Shown here piece by piece: positions 1 through 14,559 of a stretch of DNA of 64,000 bases. Where the stretch lies: NCBI GenBank assembly GCA_951406725.2, contig OX597831.1, positions 30,380,001 through 30,444,000 on the forward strand, in the 5' to 3' direction. The stretch is from Octopus vulgaris (taxonomy: Eukaryota). Every line of letters begins with the position of its first letter. The stretch's first letter is position 1. Under the pieces are notes generated by a model. The model saw only the letters and a program-made list of their open reading frames with translations. It was not told the DNA's origin and searched no databases. The translations under genes were made by a program, and so were the position numbers.

Positions 1-60
1 ACGCTGAAAGGATGGTAGGCACAGTTGACCTAGTCGGTATTTGAACTCAGAACGTAAGAC

Positions 61-290
61 GGCGAGCTGGCAGAAACGTTAGCACGCCGGGCGAAATGCT
101 TAGCGGTATTTCGTCTGCGTTACGTTGTGAGTTCAAATTCCGCCGAGGTCGACTTTGCCTTTCATCCTTTCGGGGTCGATAAATTAAGTACCAGTTACGC
201 ACTGGGGTCGATATAATCGACTTAATACCTATGTCTATCCTTGTTTGTCCCCTCTGTGTTTAGCCCCTTGTGGGTAATAAAGAAATAGGT
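61..290 (+). mobile_element. SINE family C (ggcgagctggcagaaacgttagc...) nested in an antisense copy of the same family
   Basis: B box gagttcaaattcc; 27-bp direct repeat at 36-62 and 288-314. Many further copies, e.g. ~7820-8325, 15752-16220, 18352-18560, 33725-34147, 39298-39730, 40238-40450, 56135-56582, 60588-60760. Confidence 0.85.
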
Positions 291-723
291 ATTTGAACTC
301 AGAACGTAAGACGGGATGAAATGTCGCTAAGCATTTTAACCGGCGTGCAGAAAGTTGAGTGTCAAAATCTGTACCAAGTCTGTTCTGAAAACATTGTGGA
401 TTCTAAATAAGAACCAACTCTGGGAAGATACAAAGTTGTGCTTGTAGCATGGACGTTCTCTTTTATTTTTCATAATGTTTAATTTATTTTTTGTTTGTTT
501 CTGTCATTGGACTCCGGCCATACTTTGAAGGTTTAGTCGAACAAATAGATCTCCGTGCTTACATCTTATGCCTGGTGCGCATTCTATCTTACCTTTTGCC
601 GACCAACTAAGTTACAAGAGTGTCAATAATCTAACAGCAGTTGTCAATATTGTAAGTGCATTGTGACCAGCGATGTACAATACTATTTGCTTGTGTGATT
701 GATATAGTGATATTCTGATACTA

Positions 724-759
<36 letters not shown>

Positions 760-2264
760 GGTCTTTCAAATTGCAATAAAGAGCCATACTACATCGATTC
801 GTCTAGAAAAGGAAAAGTGTTCTGGGTAATAGAATCGACAGTGCATTATTTCCGAAAGATATGGCGTGTAGTAGATGTGTATACAGAGCTTTTTATCCTA
901 TGTTAGGTAACTCTAGACATAAGAGTATCGAGTACCAGGATTCACAGAGATGGTTGCCTAGATTCCATGGCGTGTAAATGACCGAGATCTTAACATTCCT
1001 TCTGGACGGGGCTTTAGTTTGTTGCAGGGTAATTCTTTTACAGCTGAGGGAAGAGGACGTACGGGCAAATGAAGTGTCTTGCTTGAGAACACAGTGTGCT
1101 GCTTGGTGTGGGAATCGAAACTACGCTTTTGAGACAGTGAATGCAACAGACTGACAAAAATAAGAATAAAAGTCTAGCTAAGATCCAGATCAGGTGGAAT
1201 TCTACTTTAAGTACGCCATGTAATCCTTCATAATCTTTTACTTTTAGGAATAAATTGTGTTTTTTTGTTGCTAATTTGCATTCTACACGCGGGAAATCAT
1301 ATGATTGTTCTCCTCTCACCCAAAGATTTTTGATGTGTGATTTAATTTATTTAGTTGCAATTTTTAGCATATCTCACGACCATCTGATATGTTCCTCGTT
1401 TCTTTGTCATTCTGACGTTTTGATGTTTTTCAATATCTTTTTCCTCATCAACACATTTAATAGTCTATTTGCTATGATTTAAGCAAAAAACAGCGCTGTG
1501 CGTGTTGTAATATATGATTTTAAAAAAATCGAAAATTAAAAACAAAAATTCAATTCGAAAAATTAAAGAAAGAAAAGAGTTTTTCATAGTCGTATGAATT
1601 ATTGTGCGTAGAACAAAAACAAACACAAAAATTTTCTGAAAATTTTGAAACAAAATTCCAAAATGTTCTTAGTAATTATATGGCGTGCTCAAAGCAGAAC
1701 TCCGCCCCAGATTAAATTCAGGATCATCTGCCCCTTCTAATAAACGCGGTTTTCTTCTTTCAGTGGAACTGGCGTGTCCTAAACGCCAGGATACAAACGG
1801 TCTCAACTCCAAGCCGCGGTTTTTAAGGAGATAACTTATTCTTAAAGGAAATCTTTTGGAATGCTTTAAAGTTGACAAGTACGACCGTAAAATTAGGGGA
1901 TTAGAATTCAACCTCCATAGACCCACGTCGTCTAAAGTCGTCCAGCTCATATCATTATACAGTACGGCGTAGAGCTCGCCATTGCTTGCAATGGCGAACG
2001 CTATGTAAAAGTTAACGTGTATTTGAAAATAGCAATATTATTTTATATCACGTTTTTCTAACATAATATTATTAAATTGTACATGTAACATATCGATTTA
2101 TCGCGTACGTACAAATATATAATCTTGCTACATATCTAGTTGAATATCTGTCCGCATTCTTATAGAAATAGAAGTAGAAATAAATGTGCGTGTGTATCCA
2201 TATATGTATGTATGTATATATATATATATATGGCTAAACTGGCAATATGACCATTCCGAAATAT

Positions 2265-2310
<46 letters not shown>

Positions 2311-2370
2311 GTGTGTATAATATATATATATATGTATAAATATATACATACATATATACATGCATATATA

Positions 2371-2414
<44 letters not shown>

Positions 2415-5400
2415 TACATGGATATATATATTTATTTATATTTATATATAAATATACACATATGTGTATATGTGTATATAAGTGTGTATGTGTTGTATGT
2501 GTGCGCACATATATTCATATATATTCATCTTAAAACTGCTTTGCGGTTGAGATGAAAATAGCCTGTATAAGCAATACAGTTTATTAAATGTATTGCATAA
2601 ACACACACACACACACATACGCATACATGCATACATACACATATATATATATGTGTGTGTGTGTATGTGCGCGCGCGCGCGAGCATATGTGTGGGTGTGT
2701 ATATACACGCACACATATATACTTACATATAGTCACACCCATAATTGCTTCTAACTTTGTGTGCTTGTATGAACAAACACGGATACGCACTATCTCCTCT
2801 TTTTTTCGCTCCCTCTCTTCTATCTCTCCCTCACCTTCTCACACGTCATTCTTCTATCTCCATATCTATTTCTTTTCTCTCTTTTCCCCCCCACATTCTT
2901 TCATCATCATTCAACTCTAAGCTCCTGCTGTATCTATCCGAAGCTTAGAAGACGTTATCGATATTACATTAGGCTGTACGTTCTCATAAAAATCCTATTA
3001 AGTTAAATGGAGAAAATATGTCAGCCATATATCAATGACAATATTGGTTTGTCGAATATATACAAAACACAATGTTATTGTTAGACAATGTGCCATTGTT
3101 AGTGTGTGTACTTTCTTCTATTCCGAAATATATGTGTAGGTGTTAGTTATTTACTTACTACAACTAGTAATCAAATAACTTATTACTACACCTAATATGA
3201 CGTGGTTGTCCATTAAGATTTGTTTTCGACTCAACCAGATGCAAACATTTTATATATTCTTTCTAGAAGAATTGGATATGAATAGAAAATATGACTTTCA
3301 TTGATTTATCAAACTGGTATTTTTTGTACCTCTACCTCGGTGTCAGTCACTAAGAAACTTAAGCGCTATGTCACACGAACATAATAAACGATATGTTTGA
3401 TCGAAAACCTATCTAAGAAAAGTAGAAGTTGTGTTTGTTACATATCACCAACAGTTTCATTATTTCCGGCACTCCATCGATTACAATGACGAGAGTTGAC
3501 GAGAGTTGACGAGAGTTCCAGCTGATCCGATTAACGGGACAGCCTGCTCGTGAAATTAAAGTGCAAGTGGCTGAACACTCCGCAGACACGCGTGCACTTA
3601 CCGTTATTCTCGGGGAGATTCAGCGCGATACAGCATATGTCAAAGTTGGCCCTTTGAATTTCAGGCACAACTCATTACTATTCAGGAATCGAACTTTCGA
3701 CCCTACGACAATGAGCTGAATACCCTAACCACGAAGCCACGCACCTTCACACAGTTTCGTTTTAACGTTTAATTAGCTTCTCTTACCACAAGAAACACAC
3801 ATAGAGGTTAGTAGTTTCTTTAGAATAAAGAATACTATGCTGTTAAAAGCAGATAAAATGGTAAGGGGATATAAAAGGAATTTTTTTCCCAAAAGTATGC
3901 TTATCTTTCGGAAACAGTCTACCCCATTTACATTACCTAATGATGTTTAAAAAAAAAATTCTATAGGGTTAGTTGATGATTATTTCACTGCTACTTTTTG
4001 CATATTGAGCAACCACGAGGGATGACTATCTTATTTTCTCATTGGACATGTACACGAAAATTACTTTATTTTATTGTTTATTGCATCACCTCGCTGTTTG
4101 CTTCTTTCAGCCCTTAAATGGTAAATTACCAAGTTGTGTTCAAAACCACAATAGCATATAAGTGAAATGAAACATATTCAACTGTCATTTAATCCACTTC
4201 GAAGTTTCGCCTTCTACACGTGTTTTACAGTACAACAATATTCACCAGTTGTGACAAATACTTCATACTATATATTATATATGTACTGAGATGAAAGCAT
4301 GTTATTTCAGTATTGTATTGGTCTACTAACTGAGGAAATACTGGGCTACATTTCGTACCTGTCGACACATTGCGAATTTAGTGATAACTTAATTCTTTAA
4401 AGAGACAATACACCTAGCTGTAACTAACAAGACAAGTCTTAACAAATGTTGTTTTAATACATGTAGAGTCTGCATTGAATTGGTAGGACAGAAGATTAAA
4501 AATCAACCTCCGAAGGGATTACAAGTTAAAGATTAACACTTTTGATACCAAGCCGCCTCAGACCGCCCCAGGTTCTATGAGATAAACTTACTGTTTTAAA
4601 GCGATCTAAATTATAATCTTCCATCGAAATTTTATGTTAAATTGCACCAGACCGCAGCTTAATAAGAAGAAAAGTTATTTTACTGAATTCTTTATTATTT
4701 GAAAAATTAATTGAAACAGTAGTGTATTTCGATAGAAATAGGGTAACAAAAGTGTTAAAAAGACGAAGAAAGCAATGCAAACAATTATGGTCGGCGCGCA
4801 TAAACAATTGTACAATCCAAAACCCAGTAACAAAATTCACACACACACAGAGTTACATATAAAGTACCCTACGTATACTCACATGTTCCCACACAGAAAT
4901 ACACAATCTTCGTCAGGATTGCACTGGCTACTTAACTTGTTGATTATTGTTTTAGAGTTTTGCGTTAATCTTCTAAAAGACTCACTTCTTATCACACAGG
5001 GACGCAATGGTGTTACATTATTGAATATCTGTTGGTTCTGTAGGTGTAAAACTGGCGATTTCGTTCTCTCTATGTAAGCATACATACGTACGTTCGTACG
5101 TACATACACATACATAAATTCACACATACATACATGCATAAATACATACATATATACATAGGTACATATATTACAATATCCATTTATCAATTTACACTTG
5201 GCTCTGTCTCTGTCTCCTACTGTGTATGTGTATATGTGCCTGTATATGTATGAACATATGTGTGTATGTATTTGTGTGTATGTGTCAATCAGTCAATCGA
5301 TCAATCAATCAATTTGTCTGTCAATCTGTCTGTTTATGTATGTATGTATGTATGTATGTATGTATGTACGTATGTATGTATGTACGACTATCCGCCTATT

Positions 5401-5794
5401 TCAGTAAACATTATAGTTTTCTTCATGTCTGTCGGTGTGTCAATGTACTTAAATCAAGATTTTCTACATAATTTCTTATTCAGCGTTCTGAATCATTTAT
5501 TCCGGAAAATTTTCATTCTCTGCTAGCATACACCAAATTCAAGGAGCTACCATCTTTTGTCTTTCATTGAATTTCAAGACGCAATCGTAAGACAGGTAGG
5601 GTTCTCTAGGTATTACTTATCGAGTATAGTTAAAAACAAAATAACAGCTACGGTAATAACAATTATTGTAAAATTAATAATAATCACTTCTACTATAGGC
5701 ACGAGGCCCGAAACTTCGAGCTAGTAAATTATGTCGACCCTGGGGTTCAGGGAGGTTATTTTATCAACGCCGAAAGTGTGAAAGGCAAATAATT

Positions 5795-6320
5795 ACGCCC
5801 TGATGCAGTATCGAGCAGTGGCTCTCATGGTTTCTGATCTTAACTAATCGGAAGTGTTATGATATACATTATTTTGTCTTGGTATAGAAGATGGGCTACA
5901 GCAAATATTCTGCTCAATACCACAGATTTGCTTGACCTTAGTGACAGGCGATATGTGCATCTCTGATCATGGGCGTGAATAATAGGGGAACATCAGAGTC
6001 ATGTGCTGAGAGGGATTCTTTGGGGTTTGAATAATTCACCTCTGGAAACATGGTTATTTTGTTCAAAATCCTTAAACAGCCTTTTTTCAAGGACCTTTTA
6101 AAAAGGATGGGCTCCTCGACTCGAAGAACATTCTAACTGGATCTCACCTGCAAGGTCATTTGCTGTTTATCTTGATATGATATCATCATATAACCCACAT
6201 ATAGTTGTGATGCATGTGCCTGATGTATCCTTATCAACCCGGTAGGTATGATGGGTAAATTGGGTTTCGTATATTTGTACCCCAGTTGTCACTTTGACGG
6301 TATGCTTTGCTCTCTCACCC
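5795..6320 (+). mobile_element. Non-autonomous interspersed repeat ending in (AAT)n
   Basis: Partial reverse-complement copies at 18856-19040 (also inside (TTA)n) and ~53005-53100; no coding capacity. Confidence 0.6.
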
Positions 6321-6409
<89 letters not shown>

Positions 6410-6411
<2 letters not shown>

Positions 6412-7745
6412 GTACCAATAATTGTTGGAGCCCTGGGAACCGTGAGTAAAAATCTTGAGAGGTACATGGAAGAAATAGGGGCTGCAATAAAGGTGGAGCA
6501 ATTGCCGAAAACAGCGCTGCTTGGAACCGCTCGAATACTCCTGAAGGTGCTCGAAAAATAAGAGGTATTACCTTAGTTCACTGGTAGTGAACAGCTGACA
6601 CTGTAGTACATCTCCAGCGTTAGAAGGTGTGCAAAAGCAATAATAATAATAATAATGATAATAATCTTACAGAACTCCAACGCCTGGACAGGAGGACAAG
6701 AAAACTGCTAACATCTAAGCACATGCACCACCCAAAAGCAGACGTTGATCGTCTGTACCTGTCTCGAAGTAATGGGGGAAGACGAATGGTGTAGGCAGAA
6801 CTGTGCTATGAGACCTCCACAATAATAATGAACAAGTACTTATCTAGTACAGAGGACTGAATACTGCGGCTTGTGTGCAAATACGAAAGCAGCAAAAAAA
6901 AAATTATTATTTTCTATTGTCAAGGAATCTTAAAAATTCGCAAATGAACTTGGCATTAAGCCCTGAATTAGATGAAGAACCTGAAACCACTGCCACGAAA
7001 AAAGCAGAATGGATCAAACAGACTGCAAAAATAGAACGGGAAGAAACAAATTAAGCCAGAAGCCTCTGCATGGATAGTATATATTTCGACGCCGAAATGC
7101 TGATATCGACCAAGCAACAACCCATCAGTGTTTGAAAAGCCCAGGCTTGAAAGCAGAGATTAAGGTGTTTCATATTGGCGGCACAAGATCAAAGCTTGTG
7201 TACCAAAATCTACCAGGCTAACGTTCTGACCCTAAATGCAGATTCTGCAATACATTTGATGAAACAATAGACCACAAAAAGAGTATAAGCGCAAACAGGA
7301 CTGTGTAGGAAAAAGAGTGCGTTGCGATGTTAGGCAAGTATGTGGCTTCAAAGCAACAGAAAAGCGGTATGAGAACGAACCAGAGGCTGTGATAGAACAT
7401 TTGAATTACAGGATCTTACGGGGCTTCACCATAACTGAATATATCATTGAAGCAAAAAGACCAGATATGATTATAGAAGACAATATTAACAGTGTAAGAT
7501 CATAGACTTTACGATTCACTATGGACAAAGTTTAAAACAAACTGAAAAGATCGTAGGATATCAGTGTCTAACTACAGAGTTTAAGAGATTGTGGAAGACG
7601 AGAAATCAAATTGGAGCACTTGCTACGACACCCAAAATGCTACCTAAAAGTCTGGAAAAGATTGGGATTGAAACCCACATTGTTGCCCCGCAGAAAAGTA
7701 CCACCTTATATTCTACAAGAATCTCAAGAAAGATTCTTAAGGAGG
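6410..7745 (+). mobile_element. Stacked R4/Dong-like (restriction-like endonuclease) non-LTR retrotransposon fragments in (TAA)n
   Basis: VPIIVGALGTVSK...ALLGTARIL C-terminus, then LDRRTRKLL...HHPKADVDRLYL, AAQDQSL, CRFC...ETIDH zinc knuckle and KRPDM motif; many stops; bounded by (AAT)n. Confidence 0.85.
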
Positions 7746-8354
7746 CTCGGCAGTATATTTCAATATAAAGTTTCTACTACTTGAATGAACGTGTACTAGC
7801 TTAGTAATAATAGTAATGTTTCCAAATTTTGGTAGACGGCCAGCAATTTTAGTGTAAGGGTAAGTCAATTACATCAACCCCAGTGCTCAGCTGGTACATA
7901 TTTCATTGGCTGGTACATATTTCATTGGCAAAATCGACCTCGGCTAAATTTCAACTCTGAACATAAAGACGAACGAAATACCACTAAGTATCTTGTCCGA
8001 AGCGGTAACGATTCTACCAGCTTGATGCCTTAATATCAGTAATAATAATAACAATGAATGCAACACAAATTTCAACACAAGGCCAGCAATTTCGTGGGTG
8101 GGGATATGTCGTGAGAGTAAGTCGATCAACTGGTACTTATTTTCAAGATCCCGAAAGGATGGAAGCCAAGTCGATCTCTGCAGAATTCGAAGTGTTTCAC
8201 TCGTACTTAATTCATCGAGTCCGAAACGATGAAAGATAAAGTCAACCGCGGCTGAATTTGAACTCAGAATGTAGCTGCAGACGAAATAACGGCGTGCTTA
8301 ACGATTCTACCAGCTCACCGCTTTCCAACAACAGTAATATTAATAATGATGATA

Positions 8355-8389
<35 letters not shown>

Positions 8390-8981
8390 AAAATTCATAT
8401 CACCACCGCCACGAACGATATTATAAAAGCGGCATAATGTAAACATTAATAAGAAAATAACCGGCAGAATCTCAAGAAATGGCATGGAATATAGCAAGGA
8501 TTTAGTAAGAAATGATATGATACAAAAATATAAAAGTTAAGAAAAAGCAGCAACAACAAACTGGTAAGGGGAGAGAAGGTGGGGGGAGAAAGTAATAGGT
8601 TTTTGTAATGTTGTCAAAAGTCACGAGTTTTATACACGATTCCTTTTGCATATATGGAAATCTTACAGGATATTTGAATTCTGGAATACATATATGCCAG
8701 CGCACATTCAGTTATTTACTCAGAGCATGTATGCATGTAACAGGCTCACTCATATAGAGGCTGTACATAGAGGTGTAGAAGATAAAGGCGCATCAAGCCA
8801 ACGAGCACAAACATATGAAAACACATTTATGGATTTATGGATGTATTAACAAATGTATTCAGAGATACACAACTTCATAGACTCACACACACACACACAC
8901 ACACACACATTATTCGCATTCACGCATGTACACTCCTATATGTGTTTCTGCAAGTGAATGTATCAATATGATATTAAAAAG

Positions 8982-9026
<45 letters not shown>

Positions 9027-9131
9027 AACAAACACATATATACATACTTGCATACATACATACGTACATACATACAACGCATGTACACTAATATATATGT
9101 TTCCGCAAGTGAATGTATTAATATTAAAAAG

Positions 9132-9177
<46 letters not shown>

Positions 9178-9227
9178 GCATACATACATGCATATACATA
9201 GACAGATAGATAGATAAATAGATGCAC

Positions 9228-9265
<38 letters not shown>

Positions 9266-9303
9266 GTACAAGTATACAGTTATATATATAGATATTTATG
9301 AAT

Positions 9304-9364
<61 letters not shown>

Positions 9365-9544
9365 ACGAATATATGCAAACATATATATAAGCATATATGT
9401 GCATATGTGTGTATTTGTGCGTGCATGTTTGCGAGTTTGTGTATGTATATGGAATGTTTGGGCGTGTATAAAGAATATGAATATGCAACGAAACAATGCC
9501 TATCAGCTATAGCACGAACTCCGATATGAATAACAATATAATTC

Positions 9545-9743
9545 ATGATGATGGTGACTATGACGACGACGAGGACGATGATGATGATGATGATGATGAT
9601 GGCAACAATGATAGCAATAAAAACAATAACAATAATTACAGTAATAATAATAACAACAACAACACTGATACGAGGAATAACAACAACACCATCACTAACA
9701 CCACCAAAACAGCAACAAAAACAACAACAACAACAACAACAAC

Positions 9744-9817
<74 letters not shown>

Positions 9818-10044
9818 TAATAATAATAATAATAATGATAATAATTAATAATGATAATAATAATTAATAACGATGATGATGATGATGGCAACAATAATAG
9901 AAATAAAAATAATAACAATAATTACAGTAATAATAATAACAACAGTACTGCTATTAATAATAATACTAACAGCAACAACACTGATACGAGGAATAACAAC
10001 ACCACCACCACTAACACCAGCAAAACAACAACAACAACAACAGC

Positions 10045-10088
<44 letters not shown>

Positions 10089-10452
10089 TAATAATAATAA
10101 TAATGATAATGATAATAATAATTAATGATGATGATGATGACGATGATGATCACTGATGATAATTCTAATGAATATTGGAATAAATATTAAACGTATTAAT
10201 AACAGAAACGGATGGCAACGAGAATGACAATAGCGATAATAACGAACATAAGCATAAAATCTGTAAAAAAGAATATGTTAAAAAAAAACAAACAAAATAA
10301 AATAAAATAAATTTGTAACAACAGCAAAAACAACAAAAGAAGCTGTAGCGATAAAACCAATGAAAAATAGTAATTCACTTCCTCCGCCTCCTCCTCATCA
10401 TCATCACCAACACCATCGTCATCATCATCACCACCATCATCATCACCAACAC

Positions 10453-10484
<32 letters not shown>

Positions 10485-10531
10485 CCACCATCACCAACAC
10501 CATCATCATCATCATCATCATCACCAACATC

Positions 10532-10563
<32 letters not shown>

Positions 10564-10690
10564 CATCATCATCATTATCATCATCATCACCATCACCATC
10601 ACCATCATCATAATCATCACTACCATCATCATCACCATCATCATCAGCATCATCGTCATCACATCATTCATCAACATTATCCTCATCATC

Positions 10691-10734
<44 letters not shown>

Positions 10735-10745
10735 CATCAACACTA
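9545..10745. repeat. Compound trinucleotide microsatellite region (GAT/AAC/AAT/CAT)
   Basis: Direct observation; contains a duplicated ~300-bp unit and the His-rich pseudo-ORF. Confidence 0.95.
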
Positions 10746-11113
10746 CCACTATGAATATATAATAAAGTTTTAAGTCATTGCTCGGTAGCCAGAAGCATAG
10801 CAACATTATGATTACATTGTTTTAAAGATATTCTTATTTGTTTGTTAAATGCTCATCTTCATTATCTCTTGCTTGGTTCCGCTTTATTTTCCATTCTTGG
10901 TTGCTGGTTTTTTTTTTGTCATTATGAATGCATTCAGAAAATAAACACTTTTCTATACACACACACATACACACACAGACACACACACGCACGCACACAC
11001 ACACACACACGCACACAAATGTCTATATAGGTATATATGTGTGTGGTTATGTGTAGACATACCTACATATATATATATATGTATGTATAATGATTATATA
11101 TCTTTCAATATAT

Positions 11114-11191
<78 letters not shown>

Positions 11192-12248
11192 CATGTGTGT
11201 GTGTGTTTATTCATTAAGGATATACGTAGTATCTTTTTCTCTCCTTGTTTTTTTTTCTGTGTCCCTTTCTGTAGAAGTGCATAGGCTCGAATCGTAAAAT
11301 ACTTTTTCTATTCCTGAGCGTTATACTAATACAGTTGTTTGCTTTGTACACCACCTGTCTTCGTCTTTTGTTTTTTTTTCGTAAACTCTCCCTATATATA
11401 TATATATATATATATAATTCGAATTATTGATTGAATTTGAATTATTGTAAATCGAATTAGGTTATGGGCATGAAATGTATGTAGTGGTTTTACTTTTTAT
11501 CATATATTAAACTTTTTAATACTCTTTGATAGTTTATATATATTTAATAAAATATATATATACATATATATATAAATATATATAAAAAATATAAAAATTT
11601 ATAAATATAAATTAATAATTTTAATTTTAAATTTAAATAATTTAAATTTTTAAATTTTATATTTTGTATATTATATTGATTATTTTTATTTTTATGTTTT
11701 GGTTTATGCTTTTCACTGTTTGATTTGCCTAATAGTGGTTTTATTTCTAATTTAATTTATATATATATATATACACACATATGTATGTATATATCATACA
11801 CATTATATACATATATATGTATATATAGAGTAAGTCGGTCCCTTCATCCAGGACCGGAGACTTGACATCGAAAGTTAGCTATAAGACCACTTCATATCCA
11901 TCTGTTGTTGTAAGGTAGTAAGGGAGACAAGCAACTTTATGCTTGATATCTATAATAACTGGTTACAGAATAAAGCAAAAAACAAACAACCAACAAATCG
12001 GGGTAGAAGAATTATGCAATGTCTTATCTATATAGCTGTTTCAAGACAAACATAACTTACTTAGGCACGCCTAACGTGTTTTCACATTTTCCTCACGTCT
12101 TCTCGTCGTTGGACGCGCACATATAACATTAAGTTCATATTTCTTATAAATATGGATATTACGTGAGTTATGACAATCTTGAAACAGTCGCAAAATAAGA
12201 ACTGTCAATTTTTCTTCCCTGTTTTTTTTTTCTTTCTTATATTTGGTA

Positions 12249-12310
<62 letters not shown>

Positions 12311-12422
12311 TTCGGTTTTGGATTTGGTTTGCAATATTCTTTATGTGAGTTCGTCTGTTGTGTCTGGGGAGAGCCATTCACTCTTACTGCCTTATAATTT
12401 AACACATCCACCGGTAAAATTT

Positions 12423-12509
<87 letters not shown>

Positions 12510-12522
12510 AATATAAATATAA

Positions 12523-12557
<35 letters not shown>

Positions 12558-12566
12558 CATATATAT

Positions 12567-13375
12567 AATTGTAACTGCCGTCCTGGAAACATCTGCCCAT
12601 TACAAACCCATTGCAGGAGATATAATGTAATTTACAAAAGCACTGTCTTTAATCTATTACCCAACTCTACAGCCATATACACAGGATCAAACAAAAAGTT
12701 TAAGCAACGATATGCCGCTCACCTACATTCTTTTAGATACGATAAACAGTAAATTTACAACACTCGCCATCCACATACATCATCTCAAAAATACAAATAT
12801 ACCCTATACTTTATCATGGTCCATACTGGATTCAGGGCAAGTTTTTCCTGAAGGAGGCGCTTCACATATTAGAGCACAACTCTCCAACACTGCTAAATAA
12901 ACGTAAGGAGGCACTAAGCACATGCTACCATAGCTTTTTCACACATTCAAATTCTACCACAAATCCAAATTCCTAAATGACCATACAGTATATTTCCACA
13001 ATACCCCTTAGGTGATCCCAATAACCTTATAAATCTACATTTTAACTCCTAATCCGGACAACTAGGTGATACAAAAAGGGACAACAAAACATCCAGATAG
13101 ACGATACAAAAAAACACACACACACAAGGACGGGTCATTCGAAGCTTCCTATCCTCAGTCAAGAACCGGATTATCCTCGCAATTTCAGTATCCCATTACC
13201 TCTTCATAGGACCCTAAGCTATGAAGTGTAACTCATATCTGAGGTTCTGACGATGCTATAAGTTAATACCCAGGCACTCTACTACTACTCTACTGCATCT
13301 TATAGCAGAAACAGCTGTAACCTAATGGAGTTCATAAGGTAATTCTTTATTCCTTTATCATTTCAATTTCTGATA
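12567..13375 (+). mobile_element. Penelope-like retroelement 3' fragment (GIY-YIG endonuclease), degenerate
   Basis: [11 protein letters not shown]...NVIYKS...[29 protein letters not shown]...WSIL and LLNKRKE segments resemble PLE GIY-YIG domains. Stops and frameshifts are present; it starts at a (TA)n tract and is followed by a hammerhead motif. Confidence 0.8.
13242..13323 (+). ncRNA. Hammerhead ribozyme motif downstream of a Penelope endonuclease fragment
   Basis: CUGACGA (13247-13253), 9-bp helix II UGCUAUAAG/CUUAUAGCA, GAAA, palindromic CAGCUG, GUA. Helix I (AGGUU/ACCU) is one nucleotide out of register. Confidence 0.6.
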
Positions 13376-13399
13376 TATATGTATATGTATATGTATATG

Positions 13400-13416
13400 T
13401 ATGTATATCTATCTGG

Positions 13417-13496
<80 letters not shown>

Positions 13497-13525
13497 ATAT
13501 CTATCTATCTATCTATTTACCTGAA

Positions 13526-13588
<63 letters not shown>

Positions 13589-13795
13589 TTACCTGAATAT
13601 CTATCGATCTATCGATCGATCGATCTTCTTCTTCTGCTTCTTATTACTATTATTAGGCGGATCGACAAATAGATAGATAGATAGATAAATAGATAAATAG
13701 ATAGATTGATAAATAGATAGATAGATAAATAGATAGCTAGATACATAGATAAATAGATAGATAGATAGATACATAAATAGTTAGATAGATAGATC

Positions 13796-13888
<93 letters not shown>
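13400..13888. repeat. (ATCT)n followed by (ATAG)n tetranucleotide arrays in inverted arrangement
   Basis: (ATCT)n at ~13400-13620, a ~45-nt spacer, then (ATAG)n at ~13668-13888. Confidence 0.95.
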
Positions 13889-14559
13889 ACAGTTAAAACC
13901 AAGAAAATAAAAATATCTCACAGCAATAGGAAATAGAAAATGTCTTAAATTTTGGGATGAAAATTCTTTATCAAAATATCAACGGGGAAAATATAGAAGG
14001 CAGGAGCAAAAAATACGGAAATAATTTTAAAAAGTTGTAAGGAAGATAAAATAAATCCACAAGTGAATCGCAAACACGCAGCATTTTGAAAACAACACTG
14101 TTTCAAATAAGGAAGATCAAGGGATAGAGAAATAAGGCGGAGTGTAATGTATTTGTATATATATGCTTCTTTATGCGTACATATTTTTAATCTTTTTACT
14201 TTTTTGCTGTGAGTTCATGCTCTTGAATGGAGTGATTTTTTAATATCGATTTAAGTGTCTGTGCGTGTGCATGTAGCAATCAGCGTGTTTGCAGGAACAT
14301 GGAAATCGATGTATACGTCTCTGTTTTTGACTACATGCAAACGTCGGTTCCATTGTAGTATAGACTTAGTGTTTGGGAGTGTGCCAGTTTGATGACGTTG
14401 TTGTTAAAATGTATGTACACGTGTGTTGCTTGTTATCTTAGAAATATGCGTTACGCTTGCATGTCTGCTGTGTGATTGTGTTTGTGTATGCGTGTTTGTG
14501 TTTCTATTTTGGATTTGGGCATTATTTTTTGGTGTGCTTGAATGTGAGTTGAGGCATGT

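Noticed and set aside
10360-10806. His-rich and Met-rich ORFs
   Set aside because: Translations of a (CAT)n microsatellite; no splice or domain support.
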